64,000 nt of DNA from an uncultured Methanosarcinales archaeon (GCA_964650285.1 CAZYSP010000003.1:6364-70363); one strand, 5' to 3'; positions 50,019 to 58,883 are shown, counted from the first letter of the stretch. Made by a program: numbers and translations. Notes: generated by a model from the sequence alone, not told the origin.

Positions 50019-50318
50019 ATGAAGTGCAAATCATACGAGACCTTTTTCATTAATTTTTCAAATAAGAGCAAATTAGGCATAATTACAGCGCTAAGATCAG
50101 GGCCATTGAATGTAAGCACAATTGCCAAGAGGACTAAAGAAGAGCAAAGTGCTGTGTCCCACAACCTGAAAAAATTAAGCGCATGCCATATTCTGGATGT
50201 TGAAAAAGTGGGAAAAGAAAGAATATATTCATTAAATAAGGACACTGTCATGCCAATATTGAAGCTGGTTGAAAAACATGTCATAAAAAGGTGCCCTGGA
50301 GACTGCTGCAAAAAATGA
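50019..50318 (+). CDS. ArsR/SmtB-family HTH regulator with C-terminal Cys cluster
   Basis: HTH region LNVSTIAKRTKEEQSAVSHNLKKL. C-terminal CPGDCCKK. Its stop overlaps the iscS start in ATGA. Confidence 0.6.
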   Translation: MKCKSYETFFINFSNKSKLGIITALRSGPLNVSTIAKRTKEEQSAVSHNLKKLSACHILDVEKVGKERIYSLNKDTVMPILKLVEKHVIKRCPGDCCKK

Positions 50319-51469
50319 GAGCTAAGGAAATATATCTGGACAATGGGGCAACAACAAAAGTTGATCCCAAGGTTTTGGAAGCAATGATGCCCTACTTCGG
50401 CGAGAAATACGGCAATGCTTCTTCAAATCATACTTTAGGGCAAGCTTCAAAGGATGCCTTGGAAAATGCAAGAAAAATAATTGCTGAATCAATAAATGCA
50501 GAAAGTAATGAGATGATATTTACTTCTGGAGGAACAGAGTCAAATAACTTAGCAATCCAGGAAATAGCATACACAAACAGAGATAAAGGCAATCATATAA
50601 TAACAACAAAAGTAGAGCATAAAAGTATTCTAAACACTTGTAAATTTCTGGAAAAAGATGGTTTTAAAGTAACTTATCTTGGTGTTGATAAAGAAGGTTT
50701 TGTAAATCCAAAAGACTTAGAAAAAGCTATCACAAATGAAACAATTCTAGTTTCTATAATTCATGGAAATAATGAAATAGGAGCTATACAAGATTTAGAA
50801 GTTTTAGGAAAAATCTGCAAAAAAAATAATGTTTATTTTCATACTGATGCATGCCAAAGTTATACAAAAACACAGATTGATGTTAACAAGCAGAATCTTG
50901 ATCTTGTAACATTAAATTCACATAAAATCCACGGCCCAAAAGGAGTTGGTGCATTGTTTGTAAAAAAAGGAACAAATATCTACCAATTAATACATGGTGG
51001 AGGTCATGAGTTTGGATTAAGGTCAGGAACTGAAAATATACATGGAATTGTTGGTTTTGCAGAGGCTGTAAAATCAGCTGATAAAAAATATATAGAATAT
51101 ATGACGAGGTTAAGAGATAAATTAATCAATGGTGTTCCTAAGATACCATATGTAAAACTTAATGGTCCAAAAAATTCAAGATTGTGCAACAACACAAATT
51201 TTTCTTTTAAGGGAATTGAAGGAGAGGCAATTGTTGGGTATTTAGATCAGGAAAGGATTTACTCTTCAACAGGCTCTGCTTGCTCAGAAAAAACATTAGA
51301 GCCGAGCTATATTTTAAAGGCAATTGGCTTAAGTCACCAAGAAGCAAACGGAAGCCTAAGACTAGTGTTAAGCAGATTTACAACAGAAGAAGAAATTGAT
51401 TATGCTTTAAAAGTACTGCCGGGAATAGTGGAAAACTTAAGGAAAATGTCTCCATTATGGAAGGGATGA
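50315..51469 (+). CDS. iscS: cysteine desulfurase
   Basis: SGGTESNN, PLP-lysine SHKIHGPKG, SSTGSACSE motifs. Start is taken at MRAKEIYLDNGATT. Confidence 0.9.
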   Translation: MRAKEIYLDNGATTKVDPKVLEAMMPYFGEKYGNASSNHTLGQASKDALENARKIIAESINAESNEMIFTSGGTESNNLAIQEIAYTNRDKGNHIITTKVEHKSILNTCKFLEKDGFKVTYLGVDKEGFVNPKDLEKAITNETILVSIIHGNNEIGAIQDLEVLGKICKKNNVYFHTDACQSYTKTQIDVNKQNLDLVTLNSHKIHGPKGVGALFVKKGTNIYQLIHGGGHEFGLRSGTENIHGIVGFAEAVKSADKKYIEYMTRLRDKLINGVPKIPYVKLNGPKNSRLCNNTNFSFKGIEGEAIVGYLDQERIYSSTGSACSEKTLEPSYILKAIGLSHQEANGSLRLVLSRFTTEEEIDYALKVLPGIVENLRKMSPLWKG

Positions 51470-51472
51470 ATT

Positions 51473-51844
51473 ATGTACACGCAAAAAACAATCAAACATT
51501 TCAGAAGTCCTAAATTTGCAGGTGAAATAAAAAATCCTGATGCTGTTGGAGAAGTTGGAAATGCAAGATGTGGGGATGTTATGAAAATGTTCATAAAAGT
51601 AGAAAATGGTATAATTAAAGACATTAAATTCCAGACTTATGGCTGCATAGCTGCAATAGCCTCTTCAGATGTAATGTGCGAGCTGGCAATAGGAAAAACA
51701 TTAGATGATGCATTAAAAATAACCTTTAAAGATGTTATTAAAGAACTTGATGATCTGCCGCAAATAAAGTATCATTGCTCTGTTTTAGGAACTGCATCAT
51801 TAAAAAAAGCCATTCAGAATTATAAGAAAAGAATGAGTAAGTAG
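51473..51844 (+). CDS. iscU: Fe-S cluster assembly scaffold protein
   Basis: CGDVMK, GCIAAIASS, HCS cysteine and histidine ligands. Confidence 0.9.
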   Translation: MYTQKTIKHFRSPKFAGEIKNPDAVGEVGNARCGDVMKMFIKVENGIIKDIKFQTYGCIAAIASSDVMCELAIGKTLDDALKITFKDVIKELDDLPQIKYHCSVLGTASLKKAIQNYKKRMSK

Positions 51845-52004
51845 ACTAATTCAACCCAAAACAACATCAACAACATCATCAAGTAGTGGAGAAGGTGGCG
51901 GTGGTAGTGGTTCATGTTTAGAAAATTGGCAATGCACCTCCTGGTCTGATTGTATTAATAATCTGCAAACAAGGTCATGCACTGACATAAATAACTGTGC
52001 AACA

Positions 52005-52247
52005 TTGTTTAATAAACCAATAGAAACAAAACAATGCTTATTAACAGAAAAATCAATAATCAAAGACAAAGAAAAAAATAATAATAAAAAATTAAAAAAC
52101 AATGTAAAATATTCATTGCCAGACATAACTGGTTATTTATTAAATCCGCCAGAAAACACAAACTCAGGTATCAGCACTTTAATAGTCTCTGTTATTATTA
52201 TTGGGGGATTGTTTGGTTATTTCCTCTTTATCTATAAAACTGATTAA
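52005..52247 (+). CDS. small membrane-anchored protein; frame is open upstream to 51843 without an ATG
   Basis: C-terminal transmembrane helix ISTLIVSVIIIGGLFGYFLFIY. Upstream in frame: a T/S/G linker and a CLENWQCTSWSDCINNLQTRSCTDINNC cysteine motif. Only a TTG start at 52005. Confidence 0.3.
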   Translation: MFNKPIETKQCLLTEKSIIKDKEKNNNKKLKNNVKYSLPDITGYLLNPPENTNSGISTLIVSVIIIGGLFGYFLFIYKTD

Positions 52248-52286
52248 AAATATTTAAATAACCACATCAAAAACTAATTCTTATTC

Positions 52287-52439
52287 GGGGCTATAGTGTA
52301 GCTTGGTCTATCATTCCAGATCGGGGTAACCCAATTCGTAGAGTATCTGTTAAAGAGTCTGTGAAACGGAAATCTGGCGACCCGTGTTCAAATTGCTGCA
52401 TGGTCGACACCTTCGGCATTGAAATTCACGGTAGCCCCA
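52287..52439 (+). tRNA. tRNA, isotype undetermined, with two introns (~45 nt in the anticodon region, 33 nt at T-loop 59/60)
   Basis: GGGGCTA-TA-GTGT-AGCTTGGTCTA-TCAT-T-CCAGA...TCTGG-CGAC-CCGTG-TTCAAA|33 nt|T-CACGG-TAGCCCC-A. The D-arm resembles the Asp/Glu type. Confidence 0.45.
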
Positions 52440-52495
52440 CCCTTTCAAAAACATTTATATATAAGTATATTAATAGCTGAATTTGGTGGAATTCC

Positions 52496-53926
52496 ATGAT
52501 TTTAGTTAAAAAACTCGTACTTTTCGCACTTATATTCTCAATCTGTACTTCTATAGCATATGCTGCTTCATTTGATGTAAGTGTAGTTCCTATTGATGAC
52601 AGGATTGTAATTGATGAATTTGCAACTTTCCAGCTGAATATTAAGAATAACCTGCAGAAAAAAGATGAATACAGGATATATACACTTGATTTTCCAACCT
52701 GGGATGTAAGAACAGAACCTCTAGTAAACCCAATAACTCTTGAGTTAAATCCAGGAAAACAAGGCAGCGTTGAGCTTGTAGTTGATCCCTTAAAAATAAA
52801 GGACATTGGAACATACCAGGTAAATGTAAATGTAAGGTCTAAACTTACAAATAAACTTATTTCTGCCCCCCTAAAAGTCACAATATTATCAATAGGGCCT
52901 TTAATTGGTGGCTATGTTCCTACAGTTACTACCGGCATTGACGCACCAGAAAAAATAGATCCTAGAGAAGAGGTTACAATAAAAATTTCTCTTAATAACC
53001 AGAATATTATAGACTATCCAGACTTAGTTATAAAGTTAGAGAGTAATCTGATTAAAGAAACTATAAATACTCAACTGGGACCGAAAGAAGAAAAGACATT
53101 ACAGATAACAGCAAACCTTGACCCATTAACACCTCCTCAGGAAGATAGGCTGGTAGTATCAATCTTTAAAGGAAATAGAAGTATAATAAACCCAATTGTA
53201 AGGAATATAGAAATTATAGAATATACACAGCAAGAAATTGTAAAAGAAGAAAAAAAATTTTTGCTGACAAGAAAGCATTATGATTTTGTATCTAACAATA
53301 AAGATTATGAAGGTGTATCCAAGATTGAGACTACTTTGCTGGATTCAATATCCTCTTCTACAAATCCAAAAACCAGAGTTGTGAAAGAGAATGATAAAAG
53401 ATACTTTGTTTCTGATGTAAAACTAGAAAACAACAGGATGCAGATTACTGTCACCAAGAACTTGATACCCTCATTCATTGTAATTGTATTATTAATCATA
53501 TTAGTAATATCATACTACATGCTTAGGTCGCCATTGCTCATGGTAAAAGAAGCCAGTAATATAGTTAAGAAGGAAGGCGGAATCTCTGAAATAACTGTTA
53601 TTTTGCACATAAAAAACAGGTCACAGAGTAAGATAGAGCAAATAGAGATTACTGATTTTATTCCCGCTCTGGTCTCGGTAGGCGGAGATGTTCCAATAGG
53701 CTCCTTGCAGCCCAATAAAGTTCTTAAACATGAGAGGAAAGGCACCACTATAGTAAAATGGACAATAGACACTCTTGACGCTTCAGAGGAACGTGTTTTA
53801 TCTTACAGGATAAAATCAAAATTGGCTATACTTGGAAGTTTTAATTTACCTGCTGCAAAAGCAGTCTTTAAATCAAATAATAAAGGCTTTACCTCAACTT
53901 CTAACAGGTTAGGGATTGGTAATTGA
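52496..53926 (+). CDS. hypothetical surface protein with signal peptide and C-proximal transmembrane anchor
   Basis: N-terminal signal LVLFALIFSICTSIAYAAS. Beta-rich extracellular region. Transmembrane helix SFIVIVLLIILVISYYM near residue 330. Confidence 0.5.
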   Translation: MILVKKLVLFALIFSICTSIAYAASFDVSVVPIDDRIVIDEFATFQLNIKNNLQKKDEYRIYTLDFPTWDVRTEPLVNPITLELNPGKQGSVELVVDPLKIKDIGTYQVNVNVRSKLTNKLISAPLKVTILSIGPLIGGYVPTVTTGIDAPEKIDPREEVTIKISLNNQNIIDYPDLVIKLESNLIKETINTQLGPKEEKTLQITANLDPLTPPQEDRLVVSIFKGNRSIINPIVRNIEIIEYTQQEIVKEEKKFLLTRKHYDFVSNNKDYEGVSKIETTLLDSISSSTNPKTRVVKENDKRYFVSDVKLENNRMQITVTKNLIPSFIVIVLLIILVISYYMLRSPLLMVKEASNIVKKEGGISEITVILHIKNRSQSKIEQIEITDFIPALVSVGGDVPIGSLQPNKVLKHERKGTTIVKWTIDTLDASEERVLSYRIKSKLAILGSFNLPAAKAVFKSNNKGFTSTSNRLGIGN

Positions 53927-53956
53927 TTTCTATCTCAAAAGAAAGAGTTATTATTA

Positions 53957-55768
53957 TTATCTAATCAATCTTTTATGAACTTGATAAATATAACTTCTGT
54001 CAATTCTGTCCTGAGGTACTTGTAATCCTTGAAGCACATCATCAATTGATTGTGTTGGCTTAGTTAAAAGCCAGTCACACAAATCTCTACACAATGAATT
54101 ATCCCCTAACAAATATGGTAAATGAGGCGAATTTTGAGATTCTAGAATCTTCCTCGCAAATCTATAGATCAGATTACAATGTTTACCCTTCAATTCCCGA
54201 AGTTCACTTTCATGCCCAAGTTCTTTAAGCACAAAATAAGCATTCCTGACCGTATCCCCCCCTTTTCCATACTGTTCACAAAATGTATCTAACCATTCTT
54301 TTTCTTCAAACTCCCCTAATACCTTCAGCAGACCACTTCCTTTTTCATAATTCTGATTTGCTATAGCAATTAGTTCAGTGTCTTGTATTTTGCTCATATA
54401 ATCTAAAATCATATTCACTTCCAATTTAGATGCCTGAAGCCCAGCAACATCCAATATGATTCTCTGTTTATTTAACTCTTTTTCGGCACCATAACTCAAG
54501 TATGATTCGGCTATAGGTACAGAAACCCTTTGTTGTAATGCAAGCTGATAAAAATCATTAAGATGTTGATAAGTTATCCAGTCCATTGGTGTTTCAATTA
54601 ATTGTTTTGCTACTGCCTTACTGCTACCCTCATTTGCCATTGCTATATCCATAACATATACAAACGCAGTTACTTTTCTACCTCCCAAAGCTAGTTCCCT
54701 AGCTGCGTGTTCCTCTATTTCCTTAGCTGCGTGTTCCTGTAAGAACCTTGTATATTTTCCAGGTGAAACGCCATCTGACTTCATAACATCAAAACCTTGC
54801 ACATATTTCGGGTTTTCTTTAAGAAGTTCAAAAAATACAGGCTGCTGTTGAATATCATTTCCAATTAGAGTTCTGACAGTATTAAGGTTGATTCCTTGAG
54901 CAACAAGTTTTTCTAAGCCATCTTTAATCTTACATATTGTATTGTAACGGGGTGTGCCGTCAGCTACACTAGCATCAATAAGCGAAAGCATATCTGCTTC
55001 AGCAATAGCCACATAATAATCTAAACCTTTAAGTTTTGTATTAACAGCTTTGATAGCTCTTCTATTTTCAGTAGATATTTTGTCCAAATATGGTACTATA
55101 ATAGGTGGTGTCTCCTCGATAGGAATGTCCAACCCCTCCAAATCTTCTATATATTTGTTGAGACCATCTACATTCTGTTTAGCTGCTTCCCTAAGCTTAA
55201 CTACCAAACCACTCATAACATCAGAATCCCTAATAGGTTTACCACTAGAGTCATTGTTTACAATTGATAAAACTTCTAGTGTTAATGCTTTGATGCCACT
55301 AAACACAAAAGCATCATACGGAGTTCCACTTGTAGGAATTCCTTGACTCTTAAGTGCTTCTTCTAAGCTCTCCTTTGTAAAGCCCTTCTCAACTATCTGC
55401 TGCCATTCAGGAGTCTCTACAAGTTTTTTGGCTAGTTTCAAACAATCCCCAACATGTTGTAGAAGTCCCTTAGTTTTTGACGCATAATCAAGATTACCAG
55501 GCAAAAAAAGTTCAGCAAATCCATCTCCAAAACGATAACCTTCTTGGAGTAAACCCATAACAGTTGTAGTATATTGCTTAGATTGCTCTTCTGTAAATCC
55601 CATCAATCGCTGGATCCCTTGAACCATATTACCATATTTTTCTTTAAAATCAACAAATTTCTGAGGATTTGTCGCTGCAATTCTAAAGGCAATATCCGGA
55701 TGCACCTCTAACCAAGTCATTCTTTTTTTCTTCAATATACGGATTCCATTTTGTCCTTTTTGGGGCAT
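53957..55768 (-). CDS. hypothetical protein (603 aa), compositionally atypical
   Basis: Long ORF with higher GC and L/Q/G/V-rich usage. Contains a 24-nt imperfect tandem duplication at 54697-54744. Confidence 0.5.
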   Translation of the reverse strand: MPQKGQNGIRILKKKRMTWLEVHPDIAFRIAATNPQKFVDFKEKYGNMVQGIQRLMGFTEEQSKQYTTTVMGLLQEGYRFGDGFAELFLPGNLDYASKTKGLLQHVGDCLKLAKKLVETPEWQQIVEKGFTKESLEEALKSQGIPTSGTPYDAFVFSGIKALTLEVLSIVNNDSSGKPIRDSDVMSGLVVKLREAAKQNVDGLNKYIEDLEGLDIPIEETPPIIVPYLDKISTENRRAIKAVNTKLKGLDYYVAIAEADMLSLIDASVADGTPRYNTICKIKDGLEKLVAQGINLNTVRTLIGNDIQQQPVFFELLKENPKYVQGFDVMKSDGVSPGKYTRFLQEHAAKEIEEHAARELALGGRKVTAFVYVMDIAMANEGSSKAVAKQLIETPMDWITYQHLNDFYQLALQQRVSVPIAESYLSYGAEKELNKQRIILDVAGLQASKLEVNMILDYMSKIQDTELIAIANQNYEKGSGLLKVLGEFEEKEWLDTFCEQYGKGGDTVRNAYFVLKELGHESELRELKGKHCNLIYRFARKILESQNSPHLPYLLGDNSLCRDLCDWLLTKPTQSIDDVLQGLQVPQDRIDRSYIYQVHKRLIR

Positions 55769-55900
55769 AACACTGGTAATGGGGGTCTATTTTTAACTTT
55801 TTCTAAAACAATACAAATTCGTGCTATAAGAAGATTACACAATTTTTACCAATAAATTTTTAAATATCAAAAGAATGGAACTTATTTTGGGGGTGATTTA

Positions 55901-56179
55901 ATGGCTGAAGAACAAAAACCTGAAGAAAAAGCACCTGGAAAGGAAATAGGCAAAGTTACACATTTCTATACACATCTTAGTGTTGCAGTAGTTGAATTAA
56001 GCGGCACTTTGAAGATAGGCGACAAAATAAGAATCAAAGGCGCTACAAGCGATTTTGAGCAGACAATTGACAGCATGCAAATAGAGCACGACAAGATTGA
56101 GGAAGCAAAAAAAGGCCAAAGCATTGGTTTAAAAGTTAAGGAGCACGTAAGGCAGCATGATGTTGTTTACAAAATATAA
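55901..56179 (+). CDS. small EF-Tu domain-2-like beta-barrel protein
   Basis: GKVTHFYTHLSVAVVELSGTLKIGDKIRIKG...GQSIGLKVKE fits the translation-GTPase domain 2 pattern as a stand-alone protein. Confidence 0.4.
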   Translation: MAEEQKPEEKAPGKEIGKVTHFYTHLSVAVVELSGTLKIGDKIRIKGATSDFEQTIDSMQIEHDKIEEAKKGQSIGLKVKEHVRQHDVVYKI

Positions 56180-56276
56180 TTTTTATTGATTTTTCTTCAG
56201 GTTTTATGTGATTTTTGAGTTCAGGACTGTCTCTGATAGAAATTTATTTAAGGCTCCTGACAATTCTCCTCAATAA

Positions 56277-56603
56277 ATGATAAATAAAGTTGTCTTTCTT
56301 CGAGGCGAATTTAGGAGAGAAAAACGAAATACACTGCTTGATGTAATTAAGAATTGCCCAGTAGAAATTCTAGATGAAGAAGGGAATCACCCAGAACTAA
56401 ATGTTACAAGATATGGTAACAGTGGGTATAGACTTGCTTTAACCCCCATAACAGACGGAAAAGTTCGTGTAGAAGTAGACTCGAATCCTGAAACCCTATG
56501 TAAATATACAGACACTAATTTTTGGAAAGGCATACGTTATAAATACAAGCATGCGTCAGGAACAGTGAAAGAATACTGGCTTCGCATTGACAAAAAGGAA
56601 TAG
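56277..56603 (+). CDS. hypothetical protein (108 aa)
   Basis: ORF only. Confidence 0.35.
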   Translation: MINKVVFLRGEFRREKRNTLLDVIKNCPVEILDEEGNHPELNVTRYGNSGYRLALTPITDGKVRVEVDSNPETLCKYTDTNFWKGIRYKYKHASGTVKEYWLRIDKKE

Positions 56604-56626
56604 TTTTGAATTGAATATAACCATTG

Positions 56627-56863
56627 TTAAAAACCCGCTTGACAGTTTAAAATAAAAAAACCAATCAAAACAGATACAGAAAACAATATTGATGATAAAA
56701 ACAAGGGATTCCTTAGCTTTTTTATTGCCAAAAATGTTCCGGAAGCAGCAATCCCAAACAATGCAATACTCACTACCATAAATGCAAAATGATACCATTG
56801 GCTTATCGAGAAAAATCTAATTAAACTAAGTTCTAAAGCTAAAGTTGCTAAGGAAAATGCCAA
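56627..56863 (-). CDS. small membrane protein (2 TM)
   Basis: Two hydrophobic helices. Confidence 0.3.
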   Translation of the reverse strand: MAFSLATLALELSLIRFFSISQWYHFAFMVVSIALFGIAASGTFLAIKKLRNPLFLSSILFSVSVLIGFFILNCQAGF

Positions 56864-56969
56864 AATAGATTTTGTTTAAGTTTTGCATTTTTTGATTATA
56901 ATATTTTTGTTGTTTATATTTTTATTTAAAATGTTTTGTTTATTTTTTAAAATTTAAAAGAATATAGAA

Positions 56970-58739
56970 TTATTCCAACACAGCCTTAATCCTTCTTATT
57001 CCAGCAGCAGAGCTTTCTTCTTTTATTATTTTAAATTTGCCAAGTTCATTGGTATTTTTAACATGAGGTCCGCCGCATATTTCTGTTGAAAAATTTTCTA
57101 TTGAATAAACAGAGACTCTTTCAGCATATTTATGCTCAAAGACTCCCTGTGCATTCTTCTTTTTTGCCTCTTCTAAAGTCATTTCTTCCTTTTTAACTTG
57201 CAACCCGGCTTTTATTTTTTCATTAACAATGTCTTTTATCTTTTTTATTTCTCCTTCGCTTAGTTTTCTGTCAAAATTAAAGTCAAACCTTAATCTTTCC
57301 GGAGTTATGTTAGAGCCTTTCTGGATTATTTTATCATCTTTTAAAACTCTTCTTAATGCTTCATTTAACAAATGGGTAACTGTATGTAATTTTTTTGTTT
57401 GTTCGGAGCTATCAGCTAAGCCTCCTTTAAAGCGCTTTTCTGCTCCTGCCCTTGAAAGCTTTTGATGTTTTTTGAATTCTTTCTCAAAACCTTTTTTATC
57501 TACTTTGATTCCTTTTTCTTCTGCTAATTCTTCTACCATTTCTAATGGAAAGCCGTATGATTGGAATAAAAGGAAAGCTTCTTTTCCTGATATTTTTTTG
57601 TCATTTGCCATCCTTTCAAACTTACGAAGGCCTTTCTCAAGTGTTGCTCTGAATTTTTCATCTTCTTTTTTTAGTTCATTTAAGATGAAATTTTTGTTTT
57701 TTTCTAACTCATTATAATCTCCTTTATGAAGGTTGATAACTATTTTTGCCAATTCTGTTACAAATTCTTTTTCTATACCTAATAACTTTCCATGCCTTAT
57801 GGAGCGTCTTATGAATCTCCTTAGAATGTAACCTTGGTCTAGATTTGATGGTACTATCCCTAGATCGTCTCCTAAAATGAATATTGCTGCCCTTATATGG
57901 TCTGTTATTATTCTTATTGAGAGTTCTTGTTTCTCGTTAGGATTATCTATTTTTGCTAGTTCTTTTATTTTTTCTACTATTGGAGTAAAGGTTTCTATTT
58001 CATATACTGTTTTTTTGCCTTGAAGTGTTGCTATAGTTCTTTCAACACCCATTCCAGTATCAACGGTTTTTTGTTTAAAGGGAATGTATTTTCCCTCTTT
58101 TGTTTTATTGTATTGTATAAAGACATCATTCCAAATCTCAAAATATTTTCCGCAACTACATCCTGGCTTACAATCTTTACTGCATTTTTCTTTTCCAGTA
58201 TCATAAAACATTTCAGTATCTGGACCGCATGGACCTGTTGAACCAGCAGGACCCCACCAGTTATCTTTTTTTGGCAGATAAAAAATTCTTTTTTTTGGAA
58301 TTCCTAAGCTTTTCCATATTTTTGCTGATTCCTCATCTCTTGGAGCATCTTTGTCTCCTTTAAAAACAGTAATATACAGCTTGTTTTTATCCAAACCAAG
58401 CCATTTTTTTGATGTTAAGAACTCAAAGCTCCATTCAATTGCTTCTTTTTTCCAGTAATCTCCCAAAGACCAGTTACCAAGCATCTCAAAAAATGTTAAG
58501 TGGGAAGGATCTCCTATCTCATCTATATCCCCTGTTCTGATGCATTTTTGAACATCAACTAAACGCTTGCCAGCAGGATGACTTTCTCCCATTATGTATG
58601 GAACAAGAGGGTGCATACCCGCAGTTGTAAATAAAACAGTTGGATCGTGTTCAGGAATTAAAGAAGCAGAGTTAATCAATTTATGCCTCTTTTCAATAAA
58701 AAATTCAAAATATTTTTTTTTAAAATCTTTGGCTTTCAT
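56970..58739 (-). CDS. alaS: alanyl-tRNA synthetase lacking the C-terminal C-Ala domain
   Basis: TTAGM...QKCIR...HLTFFEMLGNWSLGDY catalytic core, HLLNEALRRVL and CGGPHV editing motifs. Ends about 35 aa after CGGPHV. Start is trimmed to MKAKDF so it does not overlap tRNA-Glu. Confidence 0.85.
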   Translation of the reverse strand: MKAKDFKKKYFEFFIEKRHKLINSASLIPEHDPTVLFTTAGMHPLVPYIMGESHPAGKRLVDVQKCIRTGDIDEIGDPSHLTFFEMLGNWSLGDYWKKEAIEWSFEFLTSKKWLGLDKNKLYITVFKGDKDAPRDEESAKIWKSLGIPKKRIFYLPKKDNWWGPAGSTGPCGPDTEMFYDTGKEKCSKDCKPGCSCGKYFEIWNDVFIQYNKTKEGKYIPFKQKTVDTGMGVERTIATLQGKKTVYEIETFTPIVEKIKELAKIDNPNEKQELSIRIITDHIRAAIFILGDDLGIVPSNLDQGYILRRFIRRSIRHGKLLGIEKEFVTELAKIVINLHKGDYNELEKNKNFILNELKKEDEKFRATLEKGLRKFERMANDKKISGKEAFLLFQSYGFPLEMVEELAEEKGIKVDKKGFEKEFKKHQKLSRAGAEKRFKGGLADSSEQTKKLHTVTHLLNEALRRVLKDDKIIQKGSNITPERLRFDFNFDRKLSEGEIKKIKDIVNEKIKAGLQVKKEEMTLEEAKKKNAQGVFEHKYAERVSVYSIENFSTEICGGPHVKNTNELGKFKIIKEESSAAGIRRIKAVLE

Positions 58740-58793
58740 GATTTGAATAAGGATGGGTTTATTTAAAAAGTTTGCTTTAAAAATAAATAGAAA

Positions 58794-58868
58794 TGCTCCC
58801 AACGGGATTCGAACCCGTGTCTCGGCCTCGAGAAGGCCGAATGATTGGCCGGGCTACACCATGGGAGC
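58794..58868 (-). tRNA. tRNA-Glu(CUC)
   Basis: GCTCCCA-TG-GTGT-AGCCCGGCCAA-TCAT-T-CGGCC-TTCTCGA-GGCCG-AGAC-ACGGG-TTCGAAT-CCCGT-TGGGAGC-A. 75 nt, no intron. Confidence 0.8.
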
Positions 58869-58883
58869 ATAGAAAATAAAAAA

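Noticed and set aside
50291-50314. Upstream ATG for iscS overlapping the ArsR gene by 28 nt
   Set aside because: The conserved IscS N-terminus starts at MRAKEIYLDNGATT. The 50315 ATG forms an ATGA overlap with the ArsR stop, typical of coupled genes.
51851-52126. 91-aa minus-strand ORF downstream of iscU
   Set aside because: It is antisense to the Cys-rich/TM ORF. It is low-complexity (LLLFFSLSLII...PPPPSPLL), the mirror image of a K/N-rich and G-rich sense strand. The plus-strand frame has a clean transmembrane helix and Cys motif.
52426-52881. 151-aa minus-strand ORF
   Set aside because: It overlaps the 3' part of the tRNA locus and the signal-peptide end of the 476-aa surface-protein gene, and has no motifs.
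58740-58802. Longer N-terminal extension of AlaRS (ORF-track start at 58802)
   Set aside because: The extension (MGAFLFIFKANFLNKPILIQI) is hydrophobic junk and overlaps tRNA-Glu (58794-58868). The conserved AlaRS N-terminus begins at MKAKDFKKKYFEFF.
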